DNA from: Escherichia coli
Lineage (GTDB): Bacteria; Pseudomonadota; Gammaproteobacteria; Enterobacterales; Enterobacteriaceae
Assembly: GCF_013315695.1 (NCBI RefSeq)
Contig: NZ_CP054353.1
Direction: 5' to 3' (one strand)
DNA: 64,000 bases
This document shows positions 1-14,929 of the stretch, piece after piece. Positions within the stretch are counted from its first letter, which is position 1, and the number at the start of each line of letters is the position of its first letter. The position numbers were made by a program, and so were the translations under genes. The notes under the pieces were generated by a model, which worked only from the letters and a program-made list of their open reading frames with translations, searched no databases and had not been told where the DNA came from.

Positions 1-2263
1 GATGATGCGCTTCCTCTTCGCCACGCGCACGTTGCGCTAACATCTCTGCCCGGCGATGCTTCGCCCGATCAAACGCCAGCCTGCGGCGCTGGATCAGCAT
101 CCAGCGGCGGATAACGTGATAAACCACCAGTAGCAGGAACCAGATGGCAACCGAGGTTTCAAGCCTCGCTAACAGCGCCTGTGCCGTTGCCAGATAACCC
201 ACCGCCGACGCCAGAATGGCAACCAACGGCGCGCCAATCATCATGTTCCACAGCATATGGTTGGTAATGTTGTCGCCGCTGCCCTCTTTGTTGAGATACA
301 GCGGAATCCCGGCCTTTTTCAGGCTGAGGGTGACCACCGCCAGCGCACCGCAAATGAGGATAAAGCAAAGCCGTCCCAGCGAACCGGAGAATTCACGGTC
401 GTCGAGGTTATCGAACATCATCAGCGCCATAATCAGCGGCACAATAAGCCCGATGCTCATCAGGTAGTAGCGCATCCCACGGGAAACACGTTCGCGCGGC
501 CAGCCAAAATGAGCGATAAACAAGCCGTTCGGGCGGGCAAAGGTGGCGCAAATCATCACTACCCACAGCAGCGGCACGGTGGCCGTTACACCATCGCCAA
601 TCGCGACCGCCAGCGGATAAGGCCACGCCTCGCGCAAGCCGTAACCCAGCGTCATCCACAGCACCGGTAACGGTGACGCGACGAGAATCGACCAGAAAAG
701 AGTGCGCAACGTCAGCCAGAAGTGATCCTGAGTCACTTTGCCAACTTTCGCCGCCGAACGTTCAAGAAAACGGGTGAAATAGCGGCGCGAGTAAATACTG
801 CAACCGACCAGAATCAACGCGCCAAACAGCGGCAAAATTGTCTCTTTGCTGGTCAGCATCATCACACTGGCTTTGCCCAACTGACTGAAGGTGTCCAGCG
901 AAATGAGACGACGCAGATCCTGGGCGATTTCCAGCGGCCAGGCGATGGTCATCGGGCGCACGTCAGAGGTCCAGAACAGATAGCGGTGCGTTGCTTCGTT
1001 CACCTCTTTCAGCGCATCCTCCAGTTGCCCGTTGGAGACTTTCAGCTTGGTCAGTTCCAATAGTAGCGTGTCGCCACCCTGCAACAATGAGTTCAGCAAC
1101 TCACGCTGAGTGCGCAGTTGTGCTTCCAGAATACGGTTTTGCTCGGCAGTCAGCGGCTGACCGTCGGCCTGATGAATTTGCCGTAGCAGCGGCTGTTTAT
1201 TAAGCAGATCCTCATAACGTAACCGTTGCACACGCAACTGCGCCATTTCGGTATCAAGCTGTTGTGGTTTCGGCATTTCCGGCAGCCGTGCCACCTGCGC
1301 CCGCAGCGCTTCGCCGAGCAGATTGGACGATCCCAGCCATTGCGACTGTTCACGCAGCGTATTCAACGCCTGCCGGACCTGTAACGTCTGGCTGGCAGCC
1401 TGACGCTGTTGCGAGGCAACGAGATCCATCCGCTGCGCCTGTTGATTCAAAGCCGCCGATAGTTCGCGGTTAATTTTGAATTGCGCGACGATATCTTTCG
1501 GCAAATCGGCGCTGTTTTCTGCCAGCAATTCGGTACTTTCCAGCGCCCGCTCCGCCTCAAGCTGACGTTGGCTGTTTAATTGATTACGCAAGGCCTGCAA
1601 ATACGCATCCAGTTGCTGGCTCTCTTTTTCCGCCAGCTCTGAGCGTAAGCGCGCTAATTCCTGGCGGTTATTGGCAGACAGCTGCGCCAGCTCCAGTTCA
1701 TCAACGAGCGCCTTAAGACGTGCAGAGTCAGACTGCAACGCGAAATTTTGTGCCTGATTGAGCGGAGTATTGCCGGTAAGCGTTCCCAGGCGGCGCTCGA
1801 TCTCATTTAACTGACGGCGGGCGTCGGTTTGCTGTTGCGGCAGTTGATTCAGCGAATCGGCAATCTCGCGGGCGCGCTCCTGCTCTTGCTGGGCCTGACG
1901 GCTTTTATCCAGCAACTGGCTGCTGACCTGGAGAATTTCCTGATTCAGCGCGTCGGTAGACATTCCCGGCGACACGCTGCGCGGCTCGTCACGCATGTTG
2001 TTTAATTGTGCGCGCAGAGTAGCGGAGAGTTTCGGATAATTATCGATAACTTGCTGATATTGTTTGATGCGCTCAAGGGAACCTTTTCGTTCCTCAAGCG
2101 CATTTAAGGCAGACTGGAGCGCCTCTACGACTTCCGGCTGTGCGGGTTTCGCCGCTTTTGCCTGCTCCAGTTCCTGAGTGATTTGTTTGCTATCGGGGGC
2201 CGTCGCGGCGTACGCCCCCCAACTGAGGCACCAGGCCATCAGAAAAGTGATAATCAGGCGCAC
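1..2263 (-). CDS. mscM: Mechanosensitive channel MscM (YjeP), partial; N-terminus in window, C-terminal end runs off window start
   Basis: Reverse-strand frame is open from position 1 to GTG at 2261-2263; N-terminus reads MRLIITFLMAWCLSWGAYAATAPDS (signal peptide). Not in ORF track because it is partial. Confidence 0.85.
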   Translation of the reverse strand, partial: MRLIITFLMAWCLSWGAYAATAPDSKQITQELEQAKAAKPAQPEVVEALQSALNALEERKGSLERIKQYQQVIDNYPKLSATLRAQLNNMRDEPRSVSPGMSTDALNQEILQVSSQLLDKSRQAQQEQERAREIADSLNQLPQQQTDARRQLNEIERRLGTLTGNTPLNQAQNFALQSDSARLKALVDELELAQLSANNRQELARLRSELAEKESQQLDAYLQALRNQLNSQRQLEAERALESTELLAENSADLPKDIVAQFKINRELSAALNQQAQRMDLVASQQRQAASQTLQVRQALNTLREQSQWLGSSNLLGEALRAQVARLPEMPKPQQLDTEMAQLRVQRLRYEDLLNKQPLLRQIHQADGQPLTAEQNRILEAQLRTQRELLNSLLQGGDTLLLELTKLKVSNGQLEDALKEVNEATHRYLFWTSDVRPMTIAWPLEIAQDLRRLISLDTFSQLGKASVMMLTSKETILPLFGALILVGCSIYSRRYFTRFLERSAAKVGKVTQDHFWLTLRTLFWSILVASPLPVLWMTLGYGLREAWPYPLAVAIGDGVTATVPLLWVVMICATFARPNGLFIAHFGWPRERVSRGMRYYLMSIGLIVPLIMALMMFDNLDDREFSGSLGRLCFILICGALAVVTLSLKKAGIPLYLNKEGSGDNITNHMLWNMMIGAPLVAILASAVGYLATAQALLARLETSVAIWFLLLVVYHVIRRWMLIQRRRLAFDRAKHRRAEMLAQRARGEEEAHH

Positions 2264-2284
2264 GTCAGCGTTTCCTTTGATGGA

Positions 2285-3253
2285 TTAGACCTGGTCTTTT
2301 TTGTCGTCAACCAATGGGCTGGCGTCGTGTTCTGCTTCGATCTCTTCAGCAGGAAGCGGGGCAGGTTCAGCGTCTGGCGTAACAAAGGTTTCGGTAGATA
2401 CTGCCAGCGGCTGGCCAATTTTCGTGACAGACAGGCTTTCCAGTTGCTCAACCAGATTCACTTTACCCGGTGCAAACAGGTTGATAACGGTGGAACCGAG
2501 TTTAAAGCGACCCATTTCCTGGCCTTTCAGCAGTGCCACAGAACCGTCGTTTTCCCCGGCAGGCCAGGTCCAGCGCTTGATGATACCTTCGCGCGGCGGC
2601 GTAATGGTGCCCGCCCAGACCGTCTCAATGCTGCCAACAATCGTCGCTCCGACCAGAATCTGCGCCATTGGGCCAAATTCGGTATCGAAAAGGCAAATCA
2701 CGCGTTCGTTACGGGCAAACAGATTCGGCACGTTCTGAGCCGTGAGATGGTTAACGGAGAAGAGATCGCCCGGCACGTAGATCATCTCACGCAGAATACC
2801 GTTGCACGGCATGTGTACGCGGTGGTAGTCACGCGGGGAGAGGTAAGTGGTCACAAACGTACCGTTGCGGAACAGGTCCGCCATCAGATAGTTGCCTGCC
2901 AGCAGGGCTTCGAGGCTGTAGTTGTGGCCTTTGGCTTGCAGGATTTTATCTTCTTCGATTTTACCCAACTGGCTGATAACGCCATCGGCAGGCATGACCA
3001 GTACATTCGGATCGGTATCGATTGGGCGTACTTCGTCACGCAGCGGACGGACAAAGAATTCGTTAAAGGTGCGGTAGCTGGCGGTGTCCGGCTTTTGCGC
3101 CTCTTTCATGTCGACCTTGTAGTATTTAACGAACAGATCGATAACCAGTTTTGTCAGCCATCCTGCCCGCTTGCTTGCGCCCCAACCCGCCAGGCGAGTA
3201 AGCCATAGTTTCGGCAGAATGTACTGTAGCGAAAGTTTAAATGAATTTAACAA
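2285..3253 (-). CDS. psd: Phosphatidylserine decarboxylase proenzyme
   Basis: ORF 2285..3265; product reads [15 protein letters not shown]... from the TTG at 3251-3253, 322 aa, ending with the acidic tail typical of Psd. Confidence 0.93.
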
Positions 3254-3349
3254 GGTAGCCTCCAAGCCATTGTTTTGTCGTTCCTGATCCGGCCTACATG
3301 CCGGATCCTGAAAAAAAGGGGACGATTCTAACGACGGTTAGCTTAATTG

Positions 3350-4402
3350 TCAGTCATCCGTATCAGAAAAGTTTTTACGCGTTTTTACCTGCGCCATGCT
3401 TTCCAGAATACGGTGATAGTTTTCGAAACGGGTTTCCGCGATTTTCCCTTCCTCAACCGCTTCCCGGATAGCGCAGCCCGGATCGGTATCGTGTTTGCAA
3501 TCGCGATATTTACACAGACCTAAATAGTCATGGAATTCGACAAAGCCCTGAGTGATTTGTTCCGGCTCCAGGTGCCAGAGGCCGAACTCACGCACTCCTG
3601 GGGAGTCAATCACATCACCGCCGTGCGGGAAGTGATACAGCCGAGCGGCGGTCGTGGTGTGCTGACCGAGCCCCGAGTTGTCAGAGATATCGTTGGTCAG
3701 GATCTCTTTTTGCAGCCCCAGCAACGCATTCAGCAGGCTGGATTTGCCGACGCCAGACTGCCCGGCAAAAATGCTGATGCGCCCGGTCAACGCCTCTTCC
3801 AGCGGTTTTAGCCCATCCTGAGTATGGCTGGAAACCATCAATACGCGATAACCGATATTGCGGTAGATATCCATCTGCTCGTTGACGAACGCCATGCCTT
3901 CGTCGTCCAGCAGGTCTATCTTGTTGAGCACAATAATCGGCTCAATCTGCAAGGTTTCGCAGGCCACCAGGTAACGGTCGATAATATTGAGCGACAGCTC
4001 CGGCAAAATGGCGGAGACAATGACAATCTGGTCGATGTTGGCGGCAATAGGTTTTACGCCGTCGTAGAAATCCGGACGCGTCAACACCGAGGTACGCTCA
4101 TGCACCGCTTCCACGATCCCTTTGACATTTACGCCTTCCGCCGCCGGTTTACCCGGACGCCAGACTACGCGGTCGCCGGTTACCAGCGAACGGATGGTAC
4201 GGCGAATATTGCAGCGGTGAACGTCGCCATCGGCGGATTCCACATCAGCGTGCATACCAAAGCGGCTGATGACGATACCTTCATCAGGCTCGCCAAACAG
4301 ATTGTCGTCGTAGTCGGGCTTCTCCTTAGACGTTTTAAGACGACGCTGGTGATTGGCGTTCACGCGGCGCTGCTGGCCTTTGGAGAGTTTATTTTTACTC
4401 AA
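3350..4402 (-). CDS. rsgA: Ribosome small-subunit biogenesis GTPase RsgA
   Basis: ORF 3350..4435; circularly permuted GTPase motifs (GQSGVGKSS, DxxG) and C-terminal Zn-binding cysteines; 350 aa from TTG at 4400-4402. Confidence 0.9.
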
Positions 4403-4496
4403 TCGTACAGACTCCTGGTCGCCCCTGATGGGCAAAACATCTATGATACACGCAATTGTGGATCAATATAGTCACTGTGAATGGGTGGAAAATAGC

Positions 4497-5042
4497 ATGA
4501 GTGCCAATGAAAACAACCTGATTTGGATCGATCTTGAGATGACCGGTCTGGATCCCGAGCGCGATCGCATTATTGAGATTGCCACGCTGGTGACCGATGC
4601 CAACCTGAATATTCTGGCAGAAGGGCCGACCATTGCAGTACACCAGTCTGATGAACAGCTGGCGCTGATGGATGACTGGAACGTGCGCACCCATACCGCC
4701 AGCGGGCTGGTAGAGCGCGTGAAAGCGAGCACGATGGGCGATCGGGAAGCTGAACTGGCAACGCTCGAATTTTTAAAACAGTGGGTGCCTGCGGGAAAAT
4801 CGCCGATTTGCGGTAACAGCATCGGTCAGGACCGTCGTTTCCTGTTTAAATACATGCCGGAGCTGGAAGCCTACTTCCACTACCGTTATCTCGATGTCAG
4901 CACCCTGAAAGAGCTGGCGCGCCGCTGGAAGCCGGAAATTCTGGATGGTTTTACCAAGCAGGGGACGCATCAGGCGATGGATGATATCCGTGAATCGGTG
5001 GCGGAGCTGGCTTACTACCGCGAGCATTTTATCAAGCTGTAA
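4497..5042 (+). CDS. orn: Oligoribonuclease
   Basis: ORF 4353..5042; conserved start [23 protein letters not shown] at ATG 4497, 181 aa, DEDDh exonuclease motifs. Confidence 0.93.
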
Positions 5043-5166
5043 AATTTTTCCTGGTCACGTAAGCGCCGGAATCCACTTGCGGCGGCGTGATTTTGACGCT
5101 AAATTGAACGTCTTGCTGATAATTTCAGCACTTGAGATAAAAACGCAAAAAAACTTTTTTGGGGGG

Positions 5167-5194
5167 TTGCAGAGGGAAAGATTTCTCGTATAAT
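5167..5194 (+). promoter_or_regulatory. Candidate sigma70 promoter of the glyVXY tRNA operon (TTGCAG, 16 nt spacer, TATAAT, GC-rich discriminator)
   Basis: TTGCAG at 5167-5172 and TATAAT at 5189-5194, followed by GCGCCTCCC; A/T-rich UP-like tract upstream; about 55 nt before the first tRNA. Confidence 0.5.
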
Positions 5195-5251
5195 GCGCCT
5201 CCCGTAACGACGCAGAAATGCGAAAATTACGAAAGCAAAATTAAGTAGTAC

Positions 5252-5327
<76 letters not shown>

Positions 5328-5363
5328 AAATTTGAAAAGTGCTGCAAAGCACAGACCACCCAA

Positions 5364-5439
<76 letters not shown>

Positions 5440-5474
5440 AAATTTGAAAGTGCTGTAAGGCACAGACCACCCAA

Positions 5475-5550
<76 letters not shown>

Positions 5551-5564
5551 AATTCTTCTCTCAA

Positions 5565-5819
5565 TAAAATATCCACAGCGACGCGATGCGTTATTGCTGG
5601 TTTTTGTTGTCTCTGACAAACTCTTGTAAACAGAGTTATCCACAGCCTCAGGCTGTAATCTTAATTTCAAAGAAACTTCGCACGGTGAATAGTATTTTTT
5701 TAACCTATTGATAGATAAGTTAAAAATTAAGATTCCGTTTTGTCGAGTCGATCACTTGACGATTTTATTCGTCTTGAATTGCAATGCGTTTTTATTTTTA
5801 TTCACAAGCTGTGGATGAA
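5565..5819. promoter_or_regulatory. datA: datA-like DnaA-titration locus: cluster of DnaA boxes with a central IHF-consensus site
   Basis: DnaA-box 9-mers ATATCCACA (5569-5577), TTATCCACA (5636-5644, perfect consensus), TTATTCACA (5798-5806) and inverted TCATCCACA (5810-5818); IHF-like TATCAATAGGTTA on the minus strand near 5701-5714. Position between glyY and queG matches where datA lies in K-12 (from memory). Confidence 0.55.
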
Positions 5820-6957
5820 TCAGGCGTCACGCGGTAACCCTTTTTCAATCACCCGAACCAGACGCTGTTTTTTCGGCAATTGCACTTCGACTATGCACGC
5901 ATTTCGTCTCTCTATTTGCTGCGCAATCGCCCACGCTATGTGCTCATCGAGAAGTGGGTGCTCACCTTTACGACTTTCCAGCGCTGTCAAAATCGTTTCA
6001 TCCCAAGGGGCATTGCCTAATGCTACGGCGATATTACGCAGCCAACGCAGGTGACCAATACGACGAATCGCCGATCCTTCCGTGACTTTTAAAAACTTCT
6101 CTTCGCTCCAGGCGAATAACTCAATGAGTTCCGGTGCGTGTAGCGGCTTACGCGGGCTGAAATCCTCTTCTGTGGTGAGTTGTGAATAGCGATTCCACGG
6201 GCAGATAAGCTGGCAGTCATCGCAACCGTAAATACGGTTTCCCATTAACGGTCGCAACTCTTCCGGGATCGCCCCTTCAAGTTCGATGGTGAGATAAGAG
6301 ATACAGCGGCGAGCATCGACGGTATATGGCTCGACGATGGCACCGGTCGGGCAAATCGTCATACAGGCCACGCATTTGCCGCATCCTTCCTCGACTGGTT
6401 GATCCACGGGCAGCGGAATATCGACCAGCAATTCGCCTAAAAAGAAGAACGAACCGGCCTCGCGATTGAGGATAAGTGAGTGCTTACCTGTCCAGCCGAG
6501 CCCAGCTTTTTCAGCTAACGGGCGCTCGAGAATAGGCGCAGAATCGACAAACGGTCTAAAATTCAGCGAAACACAATGTTGCTGAATCATCTCGCCCAGC
6601 TTTTTGAGTCGGTTGCGCAGAAGTTTGTGATAGTCACGGCCCAGCGCATAACGGCTAACATAGCCGAGTTTGGGGTTTTTCAGCGTGCTGGCAAATGCGG
6701 TGTTAGCAGGAAGGTAATTCATCCGCACGCTGATCACGCGCAGCGTACCGGGCAATAACTCATGAGGGCGAGCGCGCAGCATACCGTGACGTGCCATCCA
6801 GTCCATTTCGCCGTGGTATTGTTTGTCCAGCCATGCTTGCAGTTTGGGCTCGGACTCGCTGAGATCGGTATCGGTAATACCTACCTGCTGAAAGCCCAGT
6901 TCCAGCCCCCACTGTTTAATTTTTTGCGCTAACTGATTGAGATCGAGGGGCTCTGAC

Positions 6958-6959
<2 letters not shown>
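5820..6959 (-). CDS. queG: Epoxyqueuosine reductase QueG (YjeS)
   Basis: ORF 5820..7067; conserved start MSEPLDLNQLAQKIK at ATG 6957-6959; 4Fe-4S ferredoxin cysteine motifs (CGKCVACMTICP, CDDCQLICP); 379 aa. Confidence 0.9.
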
Positions 6960-8938
<1,979 letters not shown>

Positions 8939-8956
8939 CCTTTGAAAGGTGGCGGG

Positions 8957-10294
8957 ATGATGTATCGCATCAGAAATTGGTTGGTAGCGACGCTGCTGCT
9001 GCTGTGCACGCCGGTGGGTGCCGCGACGCTCTCTGATATTCAGGTTTCTAACGGTAATCAACAGGCGCGGATAACGTTGAGTTTTATTGGCGATCCTGAT
9101 TATGCGTTTAGCCATCAAAGCAAACGCACCGTGGCGCTCGATATCAAACAAACGGGCGTGATTCAGGGACTGCCGTTGTTGTTCAGCGGCAATAATCTGG
9201 TGAAGGCGATTCGCTCTGGAACGCCTAAAGATGCACAAACGCTACGGCTGGTGGTCGATCTTACCGAAAACGGTAAAACCGAAGCGGTGAAGCGGCAGAA
9301 TGGCAGCAATTACACTGTCGTCTTTACGATTAACGCCGATGTGCCGCCACCGCCTCCTCCGCCGCCCGTGGTTGCGAAACGCGTTGAAACGCCTGCGGTT
9401 GTCGCACCGCGCGTCAGCGAACCGGCGCGCAATCCGTTTAAAACGGAAAGTAACCGCACTACGGGTGTTATCAGCAGTAATACGGTAACGCGTCCGGCAG
9501 CGCGCGCGACGGCTAACACTGGCGATAAAATTATCATCGCTATTGATGCCGGACACGGCGGTCAGGACCCTGGCGCTATCGGCCCCGGTGGTACGCGGGA
9601 GAAAAATGTCACCATCGCCATCGCGCGTAAATTGCGTACTTTGCTCAATGACGATCCGATGTTTAAAGGCGTTTTAACCCGTGACGGGGATTACTTTATC
9701 TCGGTGATGGGGCGCAGTGATGTGGCACGTAAGCAAAACGCCAATTTCCTCGTGTCGATTCACGCTGATGCCGCACCGAACCGCAGTGCGACTGGCGCTT
9801 CCGTATGGGTGCTCTCTAACCGTCGCGCCAACAGTGAAATGGCCAGCTGGCTGGAGCAGCACGAGAAACAGTCGGAGCTGCTGGGTGGGGCGGGTGATGT
9901 GCTGGCGAACAGTCAGTCTGACCCCTATTTAAGCCAGGCGGTGCTGGATTTACAGTTCGGTCATTCCCAGCGGGTAGGGTATGATGTAGCGACCAGTATG
10001 ATCAGTCAGTTGCAACGCATTGGCGAAATACATAAACGTCGACCAGAACACGCCAGCCTTGGCGTTCTGCGCTCGCCGGATATCCCATCAGTACTGGTCG
10101 AAACCGGTTTTATCAGCAACAACAGCGAAGAACGTTTGCTGGCGAGCGACGATTACCAACAACAGCTGGCAGAAGCCATTTACAAAGGCCTGCGCAATTA
10201 CTTCCTTGCGCATCCGATGCAATCTGCGCCGCAGGGTGCAACGGCACAAACTGCCAGTACGGTGACGACGCCAGATCGCACGCTGCCAAACTAA
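8957..10294 (+). CDS. amiB: N-acetylmuramoyl-L-alanine amidase AmiB
   Basis: ORF 8942..10294; signal peptide [23 protein letters not shown] from ATG 8957; AMIN domain, poly-Pro linker, Amidase_3 domain; 445 aa. Confidence 0.9.
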
Positions 10295-10303
10295 GGACGA
10301 TTG

Positions 10304-12151
10304 ATGCCAATTCAGGTCTTACCGCCACAACTGGCGAACCAGATTGCCGCAGGTGAGGTGGTCGAGCGACCTGCGTCGGTAGTCAAAGAACTAGTGGAAA
10401 ACAGCCTCGATGCAGGTGCGACGCGTATCGATATTGATATCGAACGCGGTGGGGCGAAACTTATCCGCATTCGTGATAACGGCTGCGGTATCAAAAAAGA
10501 TGAGCTGGCGCTGGCGCTGGCTCGTCATGCCACCAGTAAAATCGCCTCTCTGGACGATCTCGAAGCCATTATCAGCCTGGGCTTTCGCGGTGAGGCGCTG
10601 GCGAGTATCAGTTCGGTTTCCCGCCTGACGCTCACTTCACGCACCGCAGAACAGCAGGAAGCCTGGCAGGCCTATGCCGAAGGGCGCGATATGAACGTGA
10701 CGGTAAAACCGGCGGCGCATCCTGTGGGGACGACGCTGGAGGTGCTGGATCTGTTCTACAACACCCCGGCGCGGCGCAAATTCCTGCGCACCGAGAAAAC
10801 CGAATTTAACCACATTGATGAGATCATCCGCCGCATTGCGCTGGCGCGTTTCGACGTCACGATCAACCTGTCGCATAACGGTAAAATTGTGCGTCAGTAC
10901 CGCGCAGTGCCGGAAGGCGGGCAAAAAGAACGGCGCTTAGGCGCGATTTGCGGCACCGCTTTTCTTGAACAAGCGCTGGCGATTGAATGGCAACACGGCG
11001 ATCTCACGCTACGCGGCTGGGTGGCCGATCCAAATCACACCACGCCCGCACTGGCAGAAATTCAGTATTGCTACGTGAACGGTCGCATGATGCGCGATCG
11101 CCTGATCAATCACGCGATCCGCCAGGCCTGCGAAGACAAACTGGGGGCCGATCAGCAACCGGCATTTGTGTTGTATCTGGAGATCGACCCACATCAGGTG
11201 GACGTCAACGTGCACCCCGCCAAACACGAAGTGCGTTTCCATCAGTCGCGTCTGGTGCATGATTTTATCTATCAGGGCGTGCTGAGCGTGCTACAACAGC
11301 AACTGGAAACGCCGCTACCGCTGGACGATGAACCCCAACCTGCACCGCGTTCCATTCCGGAAAACCGCGTGGCGGCGGGGCGCAATCACTTTGCAGAACC
11401 GGCAGCTCGTGAGCCGGTAGCTCCGCGCTACACTCCTGCGCCAGCATCAGGCAGTCGTCCGGCTGCCCCCTGGCCGAATGCGCAGCCAGGCTACCAGAAA
11501 CAGCAAGGTGAAGTGTATCGCCAGCTTTTGCAAACGCCCGCGCCGATGCAAAAATTAAAAGCGCCGGAACCGCAGGAACCTGCACTTGCGGCGAACAGTC
11601 AGAGTTTTGGTCGGGTACTGACTATCGTCCATTCCGACTGTGCGTTGCTGGAGCGCGACGGCAACATTTCACTTTTATCCTTGCCAGTGGCAGAACGTTG
11701 GCTGCGTCAGGCACAATTGACGCCGGGTGAAGCGCCCGTTTGCGCCCAGCCGCTGCTGATTCCGTTGCGGCTAAAAGTTTCTGCCGAAGAAAAATCGGCA
11801 TTAGAAAAAGCGCAGTCTGCCCTAGCGGAATTGGGTATTGATTTCCAGTCAGATGCACAGCATGTGACCATCAGGGCAGTGCCTTTACCCTTACGCCAAC
11901 AAAATTTACAAATCTTGATTCCTGAACTGATAGGCTACCTGGCGAAGCAGTCCGTATTCGAACCTGGCAATATTGCGCAGTGGATTGCACGAAATCTGAT
12001 GAGCGAACATGCGCAGTGGTCAATGGCACAGGCCATAACCCTGCTGGCGGACGTGGAACGGTTATGTCCGCAACTTGTGAAAACGCCGCCGGGTGGTCTG
12101 TTACAATCTGTTGATTTACATCCGGCGATAAAAGCCCTGAAAGATGAGTGA
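10304..12151 (+). CDS. mutL: DNA mismatch repair protein MutL
   Basis: ORF 10301..12151; GHKL ATPase N-terminus ([23 protein letters not shown]), 615 aa; appears intact. Confidence 0.95.
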
Positions 12152-13094
12152 TATCAGTAAGGCGAGCCTGCCTAAGGCGATTTTTTTGATGGGGCCGACG
12201 GCCTCCGGTAAAACGGCGTTAGCCATTGAGCTGCGTAAAATTTTACCAGTAGAGTTGATAAGCGTTGATTCTGCCCTTATTTACAAAGGGATGGATATCG
12301 GGACGGCGAAGCCGAACGCTGAAGAGTTACTCGCCGCGCCGCACCGATTGCTGGATATTCGCGATCCGTCGCAGGCTTACTCGGCTGCTGATTTTCGCCG
12401 CGATGCGCTGGCGGAAATGGCCGATATCACCGCGGCGGGGCGGATCCCACTGTTAGTGGGCGGTACGATGTTGTATTTCAAGGCATTGCTGGAAGGGTTG
12501 TCGCCGCTACCGTCGGCAGACCCGGAAGTACGGGCCAGAATTGAGCAACAGGCGGCAGAGCAAGGTTGGGAGTCATTGCATCGTCAACTTCAGGAGGTAG
12601 ATCCGGTTGCGGCAGCAAGGATTCATCCAAATGATCCACAAAGGCTTTCCCGGGCACTGGAAGTTTTTTTCATTTCGGGTAAAACTTTAACGGAACTGAC
12701 GCAAACGTCAGGAGACGCTCTACCGTATCAGGTGCATCAGTTCGCCATCGCCCCGGCGAGCCGTGAACTGCTCCATCAACGCATTGAGCAGCGTTTTCAT
12801 CAGATGTTGGCTTCAGGTTTTGAAGCAGAAGTCCGGGCGCTTTTTGCCCGAGGAGATTTGCATACGGACTTGCCTTCCATTCGTTGCGTGGGTTATCGCC
12901 AGATGTGGTCTTACCTTGAAGGCGAAATCTCATACGATGAAATGGTTTATCGAGGTGTTTGCGCCACGAGACAGTTGGCGAAGCGGCAGATAACCTGGCT
13001 GCGTGGTTGGGAAGGGGTTCACTGGCTTGACAGTGAAAAACCAGAACAGGCGCGTGACGAAGTATTACAGGTTGTTGGTGCTATCGCAGGCTGA
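12144..13094 (+). CDS. miaA: tRNA dimethylallyltransferase MiaA
   Basis: ORF 12144..13094, 316 aa, P-loop GPTASGKT; overlaps the mutL stop. Confidence 0.95.
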
Positions 13095-13167
13095 ATGTGT
13101 ACAATTGAGACGTATCGTGCGCAATTTTTTCAGAATCGAAAGGTTCAAAGTACAAATAAGCATATAA

Positions 13168-13488
<321 letters not shown>

Positions 13489-13563
13489 GGTTTCGGGCTG
13501 TTTTTTTACACGGGGAGCCAGCGATCCTGCGTTCCCCGCTGATCTATTTAGAGGGTTATACGC

Positions 13564-14844
13564 TTGTTTGACCGTTATGATGCTGGTGAGCAGGCGGTAC
13601 TGGTACACATCTATTTTACGCAAGACAAAGATATGGAAGACCTCCAGGAGTTTGAATCTCTGGTCTCTTCCGCCGGTGTCGAAGCATTGCAGGTGATTAC
13701 CGGTAGCCGTAAAGCGCCGCACCCAAAGTATTTTGTAGGTGAAGGTAAAGCAGTTGAAATTGCGGAAGCTGTCAAAGCGACGGGTGCTTCGGTCGTTCTT
13801 TTTGACCATGCCCTGAGCCCGGCGCAAGAGCGTAACCTGGAGCGTTTGTGCGAGTGTCGTGTTATCGACCGCACCGGCCTTATTTTAGATATTTTCGCCC
13901 AACGTGCGCGTACCCATGAGGGTAAGTTGCAGGTTGAGCTGGCGCAGCTGCGCCATCTGGCTACGCGCCTGGTGCGTGGCTGGACCCACCTTGAAAGACA
14001 GAAAGGCGGGATAGGTTTGCGTGGTCCGGGTGAAACCCAGCTCGAAACCGACCGTCGTTTGTTGCGTAATCGCATCGTGCAGATACAGTCGCGCCTGGAA
14101 AGAGTTGAAAAGCAGCGTGAGCAGGGGCGGCAATCGCGTATCAAAGCCGACGTTCCTACTGTTTCGCTGGTGGGATATACCAACGCCGGTAAATCTACCC
14201 TTTTCAATCGCATCACCGAAGCGCGGGTCTACGCGGCAGACCAGTTGTTTGCCACCCTCGACCCGACGTTGCGGCGTATTGACGTTGCAGATGTCGGTGA
14301 AACCGTACTTGCAGATACCGTAGGGTTTATTCGCCACCTGCCGCACGATCTGGTGGCGGCATTTAAAGCCACGTTACAAGAGACGCGGCAAGCCACATTA
14401 CTGCTGCACGTCATTGATGCGGCGGATGTGCGTGTACAAGAAAACATCGAAGCGGTGAATACGGTTCTTGAAGAGATCGACGCTCACGAGATCCCAACCC
14501 TGCTGGTGATGAACAAGATCGATATGCTGGAAGATTTCGAACCGCGTATTGATCGGGACGAAGAGAACAAACCGATCCGTGTCTGGCTTTCCGCACAGAC
14601 CGGAGCGGGGATACCACAGCTTTTTCAGGCTTTGACGGAGCGGCTTTCCGGCGAGGTGGCGCAGCATACATTGCGTCTGCCACCGCAGGAAGGGCGTCTG
14701 AGAAGTCGTTTTTATCAGCTTCAGGCAATAGAAAAAGAGTGGATGGAGGAGGACGGCAGCGTAAGTCTGCAAGTTCGTATGCCGATCGTTGACTGGCGTC
14801 GCCTCTGTAAACAAGAACCGGCGTTGATCGATTACCTGATCTAA
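13564..14844 (+). CDS. hflX: Ribosome-associated GTPase HflX
   Basis: ORF 13564..14844 (TTG start), 426 aa, G-domain motifs GYTNAGKST and DTVGF. Confidence 0.93.
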   Translation: MFDRYDAGEQAVLVHIYFTQDKDMEDLQEFESLVSSAGVEALQVITGSRKAPHPKYFVGEGKAVEIAEAVKATGASVVLFDHALSPAQERNLERLCECRVIDRTGLILDIFAQRARTHEGKLQVELAQLRHLATRLVRGWTHLERQKGGIGLRGPGETQLETDRRLLRNRIVQIQSRLERVEKQREQGRQSRIKADVPTVSLVGYTNAGKSTLFNRITEARVYAADQLFATLDPTLRRIDVADVGETVLADTVGFIRHLPHDLVAAFKATLQETRQATLLLHVIDAADVRVQENIEAVNTVLEEIDAHEIPTLLVMNKIDMLEDFEPRIDRDEENKPIRVWLSAQTGAGIPQLFQALTERLSGEVAQHTLRLPPQEGRLRSRFYQLQAIEKEWMEEDGSVSLQVRMPIVDWRRLCKQEPALIDYLI

Positions 14845-14929
14845 CGGCGTAGCGTCTGAAGCGTGGAGTCATATCCTCTGGCGTCGAAAGACAACAGGGA
14901 TCACCGCATAACAAATATGGAGCACAAAC

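Noticed and set aside
2183-3208. 341-aa plus-strand ORF
   Set aside because: Lies entirely antisense to psd, whose product is unambiguous; no RBS or family resemblance.
9340-9375. CCG/CCT-rich stretch that looks like a simple repeat
   Set aside because: It encodes the poly-proline linker (PPPPPPPP) inside amiB; not a non-coding repeat.
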